Shown here: piece by piece, positions 7,671 through 16,858 of the stretch
Layout of the letters: every line of letters begins with the position of its first letter
Position numbering within the stretch: the first letter of the stretch is position 1
Source: a virus
Lineage: Duplodnaviria; Caudoviricetes
Direction: 5' to 3' (one strand)
DNA: 39,528 bases
Virus record (IMG/VR): IMGVR_UViG_3300003375_000004
Coordinates: 1-39,528 of that record
Notes under the pieces: generated by a model
Seen by the model: only the letters and a program-made list of their open reading frames with translations
The model's database searches: none
Told to the model about the DNA's origin: nothing
Translations under genes and position numbers: made by a program

Positions 7671-7699
7671 ATTATACTACAGTTGAAAATTTTGGTCAA
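7671..7699 (-). promoter_or_regulatory. Sigma70-type promoter for a leaderless HNH transcript
   Basis: TTGACC, 17 nt, TATAAT, 6 nt, then the ATG at 7664. Confidence 0.8.
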
Positions 7700-7982
7700 A
7701 TATCCAAAGATAATCCTTATATTTATTCCTATCTTTCCACAATTCCTTGAAAGGGATGCGCTCAAAAATACCCTCTCCGACTTTCTCAAGTTTATCCAAA
7801 TCTTCTTCGTCTTCTTTGGGGATAAGGGAAAAAATAACTTTAGTATTATGCTCTTCTCTAGGGTTTCCACGACCCGCTGCGCCAGATAAGAGCATTTTAG
7901 CCCAGCCGGCGCCACTAGCGTCTTGAGAAACGATGATGAAGTTTTTTATGGCTTTAGGTTTTGTCTCGGTTATGTTTATCAT
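7677..7982 (-). CDS. PurD-like ligase, N-terminal (pre-ATP-grasp) piece
   Basis: NFIIVSQDASGAGWA...VGEGIFERI...LWIFDQN resembles the N-domain that normally precedes AEQLKKEG.VFGG. Confidence 0.75.
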   Translation of the reverse strand: MINITETKPKAIKNFIIVSQDASGAGWAKMLLSGAAGRGNPREEHNTKVIFSLIPKEDEEDLDKLEKVGEGIFERIPFKELWKDRNKYKDYLWIFDQNFQL

Positions 7983-7992
7983 AAATTTTTCT

Positions 7993-8088
7993 TTATTTTT
8001 CGCTCTTCTTATTCGGCAATTCCTTTTTCATTTTCTCCAGCAGAAACTTCTTTGCCCTTAGGCGTTGTGCCTGATTCTTGGTTGTCAT
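7993..8088 (-). CDS. Small basic peptide (31 aa)
   Basis: MTTKNQAQRLRAKKFLLEKMKKELPNKKSEK with an AAT-ATG start context. Confidence 0.4.
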   Translation of the reverse strand: MTTKNQAQRLRAKKFLLEKMKKELPNKKSEK

Positions 8089-8173
8089 ATTCTTTTAATT
8101 GTTTGTTCACCTCGTCAAGTTGGGCCTGTTCTTTGGGGCTAAACCAATCAATCTCATCGGGGTTTAATATTTT

Positions 8174-10651
8174 TTAGTTCCCCAAAGGCAAAACACCTTT
8201 TCCGTTAAGTTTCATTCCCTCCCTAAGCTTATGAGCGGCGGAAAGTTTAGCGGCCTGTTCAGTCTCTTGAGTGCTGACGGACTTAGCCGGCAAATTTAAC
8301 GGAGTGTTGATAGAAACATTAGGTGCGCCCTCTTCCGGGGCAGGTAATTGTAATAAAGGTTTTGGTTTCGCTTGTAATCCTGCCTCAATTTCTTTGCCCT
8401 CCGGAGAAGCCTCTTCAATAATTTCGAAAGCCTTCCTGAGAAGGTTGCTTGGGTTGTTTAAAGACTTATAAAAAGCCATTAGACTTTTACTAACAGTTCC
8501 CTGGACAACTGCACCAGGGTTAGCTGTTACTATTCCCCTTAAAACCTCCCCAGAAGCTAGGGAGTCTCCTAAAATATCAAATAAATTCTTTGGTGCCTTT
8601 TTTGCGTCTCTCAGCGCCATATTCATCACATCCTTATCAATTGTTTTGAAGTTACCGTATTTGTTCTTTAATGCCTGATAACTTTGGCCTGTTTCCTCCT
8701 CAATAATTGAGTCTAAGCTTCGTCTTAACCTGGACGCAACGAAGGCCTTGGCCTCATTGGCCTCGTTGCTTATTCCTTGTATTTTAACCCCCTGTAAAGC
8801 CTTGTTGGCCATTTTAATAGAGTCCTGCGCTTCCTCTAAGGTATAAGAATCGCCGTCTCTTAAATTTTGGGCATCTTGGGTTAATTGCTTGTAGGCAGAC
8901 GGATATTCGGTCTTTAAAACCTTATTGCCATTTATTAAACTTTCTAATTCATCAGCTATCGGGTTAAGGTCAATTTTGGCGGCGTTTCCAGCAGATTTTT
9001 GCAGATTATCGTAAGCTTTAAAGACTAACTTTTTGCCCTCATCAACCGCCTGTAAAGTGCCGTCAACGGCATTTTTCATTTTACTTATTTTAGTCACCGC
9101 CTCGCCAGTTTCCTGGTCTATGATATTCATCTTCGGCAAATGGGCGACAATATCGCTCATCGCCTCAGTAGCTTTCCTTTGGTAAGCCTCAAGACTACCG
9201 GCGTTTCTAATAGAGGCAGTGCTAGGACGGACGGCCTTAGTAAATTTCTCGGCCACATTAGCGCTTTCTTTCTCGGTTAATCCGGTAGCGGTTTCCGTTA
9301 TAGCTTTCCTTTCAAAAAAGTTCTTTATACCTGGGACTTCTGCCCCTAATTCCTCTAATCCTAAAAGATTAAGAGTATTACCAACATTCTCTGCTGTATC
9401 AGCTAATTCAGGGTTTTTAGCTTTCCAATCTTCGTATTTTTTACCTCCCTCGGAAATCAAAAGAGAAAGACCTTCCTCTCCTTTTTCGGTTAAAGAGTTT
9501 AATTGGCTATGGAGTTCGTTTTGTTTTTCTTTCGGCAATGCTTTAACGGCCGTGTTTACGATATTCTTACTAGCTTGTAATACTGGACTAACTTCGGCTA
9601 TCTTGTTTACTATCTTGCCTATAATCGGGGTAGATTTTTCTATTACCTTTCCCAGTAAATCACCGACAAGACCGCCAGCGGCGCCCGTAACCTGTAAGGG
9701 CGCTTCAACGGCTAGTCTTTCAGCGGCGGGGCCGGGTTGGCCTGCTTTTAACAATTCTCCAGCCTCGGAAACATTGCGCCCAATACCTTGGAACATCTTT
9801 TTGCCTCTATTGAAAATATCTTGAAAAGCTCCGCCTACTGCTCCAACTACCGATTTACCGGCTGGAGTTTCGGTCGCCTGTTTAACTTGGTCTTGGAAAT
9901 TTCCAATAACTCCTTTGGGCGCTGGTTGGACCACTCCTTTTCCGGGGACAAATTCCATACCGGCTTTTTTTGCTATCTGTTGGTTTTTTTGGTCTTGATT
10001 TTGTATTCCTGGCCCGGTAGAAGGTGCGGAAACTGGGACTTTCCCTGCGTATTTTTGAGAAAGACGGGCAAGAATATCATTGTCATTATTTATCATTGGG
10101 TCTTTACCGAATAAAGCTCTGGTTTTATCTATCTTATCCTTTAATGAAGGTGAAATTTTTGCCAAATTATCTAATATTTGGGTATCAGAATAACCTTTTT
10201 GGCGAGAAGAATTTACTTTTTCGTCAAAACTTTCAAAAGTGCTTAAAATTCCGCTCCCTCCTTCGTGCTTATAAATAGCCTTAACAACCTCTTTTTGTTT
10301 CACTGGGTCTAAAGAATTGTAAACATCTTGAGCGTTGCTAGGGTCAACTTGTTTTCCGCTCAATTTTGCTAATGTTGGTATTGTGGTGGTGGTAGCCCCT
10401 TCGTATTTAGCGGGGTTAGCATACCAAGAAGATATTTGACCTTGTTTTAAAATTTCCTGAGAAGCCTTGAAGCCTACGGTTGGGTTGGCATATTTTATGG
10501 TCGGGGTTGCGTCGGTGTCTATTCCGGCAGTAGTATCTCCGATATCGTAGTCTTGGCCTTTTTTATAGCCTAATTTATCCAGTTGAGATAAAACAACAGG
10601 ATAAGCCTTGTTGGCTATTGGATTATTATTTCTGTCAGTCCTCATCGCCAT
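8174..10651 (-). CDS. Putative DNA ejection/internal virion protein with N-terminal lysozyme-like domain
   Basis: Large, helical, A/G/K/E-rich protein at the end of the tail module; N-terminal RTDRNNNP...AIYKHEG. Confidence 0.65.
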   Translation of the reverse strand: MAMRTDRNNNPIANKAYPVVLSQLDKLGYKKGQDYDIGDTTAGIDTDATPTIKYANPTVGFKASQEILKQGQISSWYANPAKYEGATTTTIPTLAKLSGKQVDPSNAQDVYNSLDPVKQKEVVKAIYKHEGGSGILSTFESFDEKVNSSRQKGYSDTQILDNLAKISPSLKDKIDKTRALFGKDPMINNDNDILARLSQKYAGKVPVSAPSTGPGIQNQDQKNQQIAKKAGMEFVPGKGVVQPAPKGVIGNFQDQVKQATETPAGKSVVGAVGGAFQDIFNRGKKMFQGIGRNVSEAGELLKAGQPGPAAERLAVEAPLQVTGAAGGLVGDLLGKVIEKSTPIIGKIVNKIAEVSPVLQASKNIVNTAVKALPKEKQNELHSQLNSLTEKGEEGLSLLISEGGKKYEDWKAKNPELADTAENVGNTLNLLGLEELGAEVPGIKNFFERKAITETATGLTEKESANVAEKFTKAVRPSTASIRNAGSLEAYQRKATEAMSDIVAHLPKMNIIDQETGEAVTKISKMKNAVDGTLQAVDEGKKLVFKAYDNLQKSAGNAAKIDLNPIADELESLINGNKVLKTEYPSAYKQLTQDAQNLRDGDSYTLEEAQDSIKMANKALQGVKIQGISNEANEAKAFVASRLRRSLDSIIEEETGQSYQALKNKYGNFKTIDKDVMNMALRDAKKAPKNLFDILGDSLASGEVLRGIVTANPGAVVQGTVSKSLMAFYKSLNNPSNLLRKAFEIIEEASPEGKEIEAGLQAKPKPLLQLPAPEEGAPNVSINTPLNLPAKSVSTQETEQAAKLSAAHKLREGMKLNGKGVLPLGN

Positions 10652-10663
10652 ATATTTTTTTAG

Positions 10664-12604
10664 TTAATCCCAAATTTTGTCAAAACTTGCGTCCCCACTG
10701 GTATTGCCACTAAAATTTTCAGTCGGGGTTGGCACGTTAGCATTTCCTCCCGTTCCTCCGTTAGAGATAATATCAGTCAAGTTTACAATAGAGTCTGATT
10801 GGCTGCTCTTAACGTTTTCCATATCTTGTTTGATTGTTGCTAAAGTAGATTCAAATTGTCCTGGGGCCATAAATGAACTCACCATCTTTTCTGCATCCTT
10901 AGTGGCGCCATCAGTTAAACCGGCGGTAGAGGCAGCGGCGCCGGAATTAACCTTGGCGTATTCACGAACGCCGGTATAAATTGCCGCTTCAGTTGCGCTC
11001 AATTCAGCGTTGCCGACGTTTCCATTCAACCAGTTAATAAACCTGTTTCCAGCCGGGAAAGAGGTGGCTTGTCCATACTTATCATAAAGAGTTTTGGCGA
11101 GGTCAAGATTTTTATTAGCCGTATTTTCAGCCGCTTGAGTAGCAGAATACAAAGTTTGCATTTTTGTTAAACCAGACTGCGCGGCGGTTGAAGCGGCCTT
11201 TTGAGCGGCCAAAGCCTGCCCGGTTAGTCCTTTAGCGGTAGCAGATTGAGCAACGGCGGTATAAAACTGGGCTCTCATTGCCATACCAGCTGCGCCCATA
11301 CCAAATGAAGGGATGGCGGTGCCAGGTGAAGAAATATATTGATCAGCTAAGAATTGGATAGTGTCGGCGTCTAAAGTAGCGCCACTACCTTTCTTGGCCA
11401 TTTGGTAGGACAAAATATCTCCGGTGAAGCCAGAAGCCTTGGCGGCTAAATATTCTTTTACGGCCGCGGGAGCTTTGGCGTTAGCAGTCCATTGGTCAAA
11501 ACTTAATGGAGTTCTCCCGGCCGAGTTCTCTTGATTAACGTAATATTCGTAGTCCTTCTGATTGGTGGTATTTCCGCCCGCAATCCCTGGCGTAATATCC
11601 TTATAAGTTCCGTCTGGTTGCTGTTGTAAAATCTTGCCGTCTGAAGTGGTTGTAGTAGGGCTACCAAGATAAGTCTGGAGAGGCATATTCACGGTAAAAT
11701 CTTGTTCGGTGCTTTTACCGGTCTTAGGGTCAAAAGTAATTCTTTTAATAACGGTCTGCGAACCGTCTGCTGAAGGGGTCGGGACCTCTTTAACCGTCGG
11801 GCGGTTAGGATTGTTGACATTATTATCAATAGAAGCAGTCATTTGATAATCAGAATATCCAGTCTGGTCTAGTAATTGTTGATAAAAGTCTGGGTCGGCA
11901 GTTTTAATATCAAGAGCTGATTTGCCAGTAGAAGCCAAGGTGTCTAAAGACTTAACGGCGTCCGTCTTAATTTTATCCAAGGAAGCCCCCTCGCTAGTAG
12001 CCATAGCCATAGCGTTGGTTTGGATAGTGTTATAAACTCCGGCAATATCGCTAGCCTCTTTTCCTGTTATAGTCTGTTTATTAGCGGTAGTAATTGCTCT
12101 AGCGGCTTCTTTTGAGCCTGCGCCTGTTTCTGTCCCAAATTCCCCGCCCATTAAAGCAGCGGCGTTAGCGGAAGACTCCCTAGCTGCGCCGGCAGTATCT
12201 TCTTGAGCCAAAAGACTGTTGTAATATTGTTCAATAGCGGAAATACCACTTTGGGCTTGGGTGGTTAATTGGCCATAAGCATCAGTCTCTAGCTGATTAT
12301 AATCTTTTGGTGTAGCGGCGGGAGCGCCCGGAGTTGGCGTGGGGGTAGGAGTGGGAGTTGGCGTGGGAGTTGGTGTGGGTGTGGGACTTGTTTGTCCAGC
12401 AACGATAGGATTTCCACTAGCGTCTATTTTACCATTAGCAAAATCGCTCATCTGCTGGGCGGTAAAGCCTTGAGAATTGACTGGCTGACCTTGAGCGTTA
12501 GTCTTTTGGACTGGCATCGGATTTCCCAAAGGCAAAGCCCCCGTTGGTGTTGGGGTGGGAGGATTGATTTTATTATCCGTGGTGTTTGTGATTGGTTCCG
12601 CCAT
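10664..12604 (-). CDS. Putative ejection/internal virion protein with a (PT)n linker
   Basis: A/T/Q-rich 646 aa, positioned after the tail genes. Confidence 0.65.
   Translation of the reverse strand: MAEPITNTTDNKINPPTPTPTGALPLGNPMPVQKTNAQGQPVNSQGFTAQQMSDFANGKIDASGNPIVAGQTSPTPTPTPTPTPTPTPTPTPGAPAATPKDYNQLETDAYGQLTTQAQSGISAIEQYYNSLLAQEDTAGAARESSANAAALMGGEFGTETGAGSKEAARAITTANKQTITGKEASDIAGVYNTIQTNAMAMATSEGASLDKIKTDAVKSLDTLASTGKSALDIKTADPDFYQQLLDQTGYSDYQMTASIDNNVNNPNRPTVKEVPTPSADGSQTVIKRITFDPKTGKSTEQDFTVNMPLQTYLGSPTTTTSDGKILQQQPDGTYKDITPGIAGGNTTNQKDYEYYVNQENSAGRTPLSFDQWTANAKAPAAVKEYLAAKASGFTGDILSYQMAKKGSGATLDADTIQFLADQYISSPGTAIPSFGMGAAGMAMRAQFYTAVAQSATAKGLTGQALAAQKAASTAAQSGLTKMQTLYSATQAAENTANKNLDLAKTLYDKYGQATSFPAGNRFINWLNGNVGNAELSATEAAIYTGVREYAKVNSGAAASTAGLTDGATKDAEKMVSSFMAPGQFESTLATIKQDMENVKSSQSDSIVNLTDIISNGGTGGNANVPTPTENFSGNTSGDASFDKIWD
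12329..12385 (-). repeat. Pro-Thr dipeptide repeat
   Basis: SPTPTPTPTPTPTPTPTPTP with varied synonymous codons. Confidence 0.9.
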
Positions 12605-12616
12605 ATAGTTATATTA

Positions 12617-12787
12617 TTATTTTACATTTCTTTTTACTCTTTTACCGCCGGTGATTTTCTTAACATTTTTTTTGATTTTCTTGTATGGTAATTTTTTTCC
12701 TTTCGGAGTTTCTGCCTCAAATTTTTTAGCCACTTCTGGCTCGTTAATATGGAGGTAAGCTCTTTGAGCTTGAGATTTCATTGGCAT
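12617..12787 (-). CDS. Small basic phage protein (56 aa), not in the ORF track
   Basis: MPMKSQAQRAYLHINEPEVAKKFEAETPKGKKLPYKKIKKNVKKITGGKRVKRNVK fills the intergenic gap. Confidence 0.8.
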   Translation of the reverse strand: MPMKSQAQRAYLHINEPEVAKKFEAETPKGKKLPYKKIKKNVKKITGGKRVKRNVK

Positions 12788-12845
12788 ATATTTTAATTTA
12801 ATTTACTTATCACAGCCCTCTTTTAATAAGGGCTGAGTAAATATA

Positions 12846-14621
12846 CTAAAGTTGTATTTCTTTTTCTAATCCTGGATTACCAGTGTTTCCTCCTGGAGCA
12901 GGTGAGCCAGACGAAACATTGGATGTTATAGTTGTTTTTTGTTGATAAAATATAAGAATAAACCCTCCACTACCAGAACCTCCAGCACCGCCATCGTTAG
13001 CAGATGATCCGTTTGTTCCCTTAGGGCCACCAGCACCGCCAATGGCTTCAACATTTAAGTTTATGATAATTCTAGCGGCTATCCAAATAAAACCTCCGTT
13101 TGAACCTCCGCTTCCACCACCACTATTTAAAATGTAGCCTTGTCCATTGGAAGCACCAGAGCCACCACCGCCTCCGCCGGAGCCAGGCATTGCGGAATAC
13201 ATTGATAAAGTTCCGTTTATAACCTCGTATAAGTTGGAATAATTAAAAAGAGAGTATGGGTAGCTGGATGCGGCCGAAGTAACTGTCCCTGCTGCGCCTC
13301 CAAGTGTCCCGCCCGCTGCTGCGCTTCCTGCTGCGCCAACGCTACTGGTAGCCATTAAAGAATGAGAAACGGAAGTCCCAGCCGAACCAGTTTGAGGATT
13401 GTTTTGATTTCCAGCTGAGCCATTCCCTCCAGATGCGCCTGTTGCAGGTATGGGAAGGGTTCCTGTTGAGTAAGCAGGTGTAGTGGTTGCTCCATATCCT
13501 CCAGGGTTAGACGGAGCTCCAGCCCCCCCCTGGTTACCGTTTGGGCCGTCGCTAGCGATTTTCCCAGTTCCGATTGTGTTTAAAGTATTCTGAACAAATA
13601 TTTTAAAGCCGTTTGAGTTTAATGTTATGCCGTTATTGACAGTCAAATTGCTGTAATACATATCCCTAGTAAGGGAAGTGTTTGTTGCTATCGTCACATT
13701 GCCGTCAGAACCTAATCCATAAGGAAATGAGAAACCAGAAGTTAGACCATTAAAAGTATAGTTGGTGCTTGTTCCTGCCAAGAAAGAAGGGTCAATGTAG
13801 CCGTTAGAATTGGTTATAACGGCATAATTAGCCGTAGATGTGCCGAGTGTCGTCGAGGAAGCATAGGCCGATTGTAGAGCTAAATTTGCCCCTGTGGAGC
13901 CCGTAGAAGAAGCCGAGGCTTGTTGGGTTGGAGTAGCACCCTGCCAAATACCTTTTACAATGGTTGAGCCGTTTGGGGAGCCCGAATAAGACACGCTATC
14001 AACATAGCCTTTAGAGGCAACCATTTGGGGGTTAGTGAAGGTAGAAGTGGCCACGCCCGAACCATAAGACAAGACATTAGGGATGGTATCCGTTCCGTTT
14101 AAAATACGCCCAAATTGTTGGAGAACAGGGAAGTCGGTTACTTTTACGTCAGCGCCGTAGCGGTGAGCAAATTGTAAGACGGAGATAGTGGAAACGCCGT
14201 CAGCACCAATCCCACGCTGTAAAGAGGTTAAAGCAGTCCCAGAGGCGACACCGCAAACATATTCGGCGGTATTTAGACCGCTGTCAATTGTGAAACAGTA
14301 GTTTCCTGATAAAGAAAATCCGTCCCTAGTTTTTCCTGATGCTAGAGTTGCGGAAGTGGCCGAGTTGAGCATCGACGAGGCAAGAGATGTTTCGAAAAGC
14401 GAAGGGGCTTGGTAAATGGTGCCAGTTCCACCGAGAACATTAGTCATCAGGTGGTATCCAAGAGTAAAATACCATTGAGCGTCATTGGAGCCGACAACGG
14501 TTATTTTTTTAGTGCCTTCATTGTTTATTAAGGTCGCCAGCTTTTGCGGGCTAGAAGCAATCGAAGCCACCGGCATTAAGGCGACGAGAGCTATTAAGAA
14601 AGAGATTAGTTTTTTCTTCAT
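12846..14621 (-). CDS. Gly/Ser/Thr-rich tail fibre/spike-like protein with N-terminal signal peptide
   Basis: Likely start MKKKLISFLIALVALMPVASIA; follows the nozzle gene; glycine-rich C-terminal domain. Confidence 0.75.
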   Translation of the reverse strand: MKKKLISFLIALVALMPVASIASSPQKLATLINNEGTKKITVVGSNDAQWYFTLGYHLMTNVLGGTGTIYQAPSLFETSLASSMLNSATSATLASGKTRDGFSLSGNYCFTIDSGLNTAEYVCGVASGTALTSLQRGIGADGVSTISVLQFAHRYGADVKVTDFPVLQQFGRILNGTDTIPNVLSYGSGVATSTFTNPQMVASKGYVDSVSYSGSPNGSTIVKGIWQGATPTQQASASSTGSTGANLALQSAYASSTTLGTSTANYAVITNSNGYIDPSFLAGTSTNYTFNGLTSGFSFPYGLGSDGNVTIATNTSLTRDMYYSNLTVNNGITLNSNGFKIFVQNTLNTIGTGKIASDGPNGNQGGAGAPSNPGGYGATTTPAYSTGTLPIPATGASGGNGSAGNQNNPQTGSAGTSVSHSLMATSSVGAAGSAAAGGTLGGAAGTVTSAASSYPYSLFNYSNLYEVINGTLSMYSAMPGSGGGGGGSGASNGQGYILNSGGGSGGSNGGFIWIAARIIINLNVEAIGGAGGPKGTNGSSANDGGAGGSGSGGFILIFYQQKTTITSNVSSGSPAPGGNTGNPGLEKEIQL

Positions 14622-14631
14622 ATTTTTATAG

Positions 14632-16854
14632 TTATTGAACATTAGCGTTTAAAATGTGAGAACTTTTATACCGTATATCCTTAAAAGTGTATTCATCAAT
14701 ACTTAAATACCCTACTCCAGTCCCGATAATCTGTTGCCCGTTAGCGTCTAATTTAGGTTCGGCACGGAATATTACCTGAACTCGGTTGAAATGGTCAGAG
14801 CCGACTACTATTTCTGCCTCGTAAGGGTAAGCATAAACAACCCCACCGCCACCGACAATATTAGTTCCGATAGTCGGGCCACCGACTTCAATCGGCACGC
14901 CCTGATTAACATACTTCCCGGAGCCGTCTATCGAACCCAGTAAAACTGGTTGACCGCCGTCGAAAGAAAGATAGACATTCAAGTTTTGGCTGGGAGAAAT
15001 CAAACCCTTAACAACAAACTTATTGAAAGATTTTATACCGATAGCGCCAAGAAAGGAGGGCGCAGACTTCCAGTAATTATTGATATTAAATCCAAGGTCA
15101 TCAAAACCAGAGAAAAGGACTAACGGATTTGACGATATGCTATCACCAGCAAGTAAGGCCCCGTTATAGTTAGCGTGGCAAGAAGCCCGATAATCAAGTA
15201 AATCATAAAAGCCAGTTTTCTTATTTTGGACATACATTCGGTCGTTGTTCGTGTTCGGTATGCCGTTATTTAAAGACTCGCAATCCAAGATGTAGTAATC
15301 GCCCCATTCATAGACCACGTCCTGATTATGTCCGTTTAAAGTGAGGTCAAGCTGGTCGGAAATAGACTCTGGAATAATGGCCGGATTAGCGTTAGAAACA
15401 GAGGCCGACATAACTAATTGGCGAAGTTTCGGATTGGCGGAGTTTAAGGTATCTAAATAGATAATTCCGTCGCCCGTAACGAAGCCAGAACGCCAGTAGG
15501 GGATACCGACATCGTTTCGGTATATAGATTGGTTAATCTGGGTGACATCATTGGATGTCATAATAAGCTGAAAAACCCCGAATTGATGAAAGCAGAAATA
15601 TATGCCAGAGAAGCCAAATACATTCATTAGTTTTCCCATTCCAAGCTGTGCGCTTAGATACCCTTGGCTTGAGATAGTCGGAGTGCCGACAAGAAACTTA
15701 GCCAAACTTTGGGTAGAGTCATCTTCAAAATAATTTATAACCAAATTTCCTGATAAAGGAGCGGTGTTGAAATTCAAAGTATAAGCGCCAGTAATGTAAT
15801 TGATTGTCCCAGTTCCTCCCAATTGACTAAAAAGATTTCCAGCTTGGTCATCGGCGAAATATTCCGTCTTGTGGATGTTTCCTCCAGATGAGTAAGCGGT
15901 GAAAGAGGTGCTATCAATACCGACAATTACATTATTAGCGTCCACCACCGATATAACTTGCGTGGTGATATTGTTTATTTGCGTCATTCCCACAACATCG
16001 GAAATAATCACCGTATCGCCGACAGAAAGACTGTGGGAATTAGCCGTTATTTTTGCCGAATAATCCTTGGTAATGGCGGAAATGGCTATTGTTGACAAAT
16101 AACCGCTAATCTGAACGCCAAAAACGCTCTGGTGGATATTGTCTATGGCCAAGTTGCCAGAAAATACCTTGGTCACACCGTCAGTTGCCGGGCCGACAAC
16201 CCCGGTCTTAGTAGTCATCGGGGGGCTAGTAGAAGCATCAGCGCCGTCAGCATAAGAAATACGAAGATTTAAAAGGTCTTTCGCCGTTTTTCCTATTCTA
16301 TTCCACAAAAACAATCTTCCCTGATTAAGACTGATATAACCTCTTTCTTCTATGCTATTCAAGTCTAATGGATTAGCTAGATTAGACAAGTTTATCTTTA
16401 CGATAGAGGAATTAGGAGAAGAAAGAACAATATAATACCCAGAAACGCTCTGATAAGGAACGATAGCGACATCATCGCTTTGGGCTGGTGTTCCTAACAG
16501 GTCCGTCCCTATCTCGGTGTAGATATTATTAGTAGCGTCGTAATAAAAAATCTTCTTCCCGACAGAAAAGACCGGGATTTGATTGCCCGCCTTGTCTATA
16601 CCTACTCCTAATCCAGAAATAGGAAGAGTTCCAGCCGACAAGGAGGCCGCTAATGGCGCCATACCACGCCTTAGCTCTATATGGTCGCCGTAATACTTAC
16701 CGTCCTTTTCGGCGGCGCCGGTCAACCAATTCAAAGCGTCCGGGGAAACGCCAGGCGTTAAGCCGTCTAAATTCTTGATAGAAGTATTTATTCCTCCGAA
16801 ACTAGATACGGTGAAATCGGGTAATCTTCCTTTTGTCGCTTTTGCTTTTGGCAT
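14632..16854 (-). CDS. Tail nozzle/stabilisation protein (P22 gp10 / T7 gp12-like position) with an E1_FCCH-like insert
   Basis: 740 aa, beta-rich; SFGGIN near the N-terminus; insert ISAITK..ITANSHSLSVGDTVIISDVVGMTQIN..IDSTSFTAYSSGG. Confidence 0.75.
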   Translation of the reverse strand: MPKAKATKGRLPDFTVSSFGGINTSIKNLDGLTPGVSPDALNWLTGAAEKDGKYYGDHIELRRGMAPLAASLSAGTLPISGLGVGIDKAGNQIPVFSVGKKIFYYDATNNIYTEIGTDLLGTPAQSDDVAIVPYQSVSGYYIVLSSPNSSIVKINLSNLANPLDLNSIEERGYISLNQGRLFLWNRIGKTAKDLLNLRISYADGADASTSPPMTTKTGVVGPATDGVTKVFSGNLAIDNIHQSVFGVQISGYLSTIAISAITKDYSAKITANSHSLSVGDTVIISDVVGMTQINNITTQVISVVDANNVIVGIDSTSFTAYSSGGNIHKTEYFADDQAGNLFSQLGGTGTINYITGAYTLNFNTAPLSGNLVINYFEDDSTQSLAKFLVGTPTISSQGYLSAQLGMGKLMNVFGFSGIYFCFHQFGVFQLIMTSNDVTQINQSIYRNDVGIPYWRSGFVTGDGIIYLDTLNSANPKLRQLVMSASVSNANPAIIPESISDQLDLTLNGHNQDVVYEWGDYYILDCESLNNGIPNTNNDRMYVQNKKTGFYDLLDYRASCHANYNGALLAGDSISSNPLVLFSGFDDLGFNINNYWKSAPSFLGAIGIKSFNKFVVKGLISPSQNLNVYLSFDGGQPVLLGSIDGSGKYVNQGVPIEVGGPTIGTNIVGGGGVVYAYPYEAEIVVGSDHFNRVQVIFRAEPKLDANGQQIIGTGVGYLSIDEYTFKDIRYKSSHILNANVQ

Positions 16855-16858
16855 AATT

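Noticed and set aside
7044-7676. Canonical group I intron or intein around the HNH
   Set aside because: Only 12 nt and 0 nt of non-coding flank, no recognisable core elements, and the three ORFs are not one continuous frame. Unconventional splicing is not excluded.
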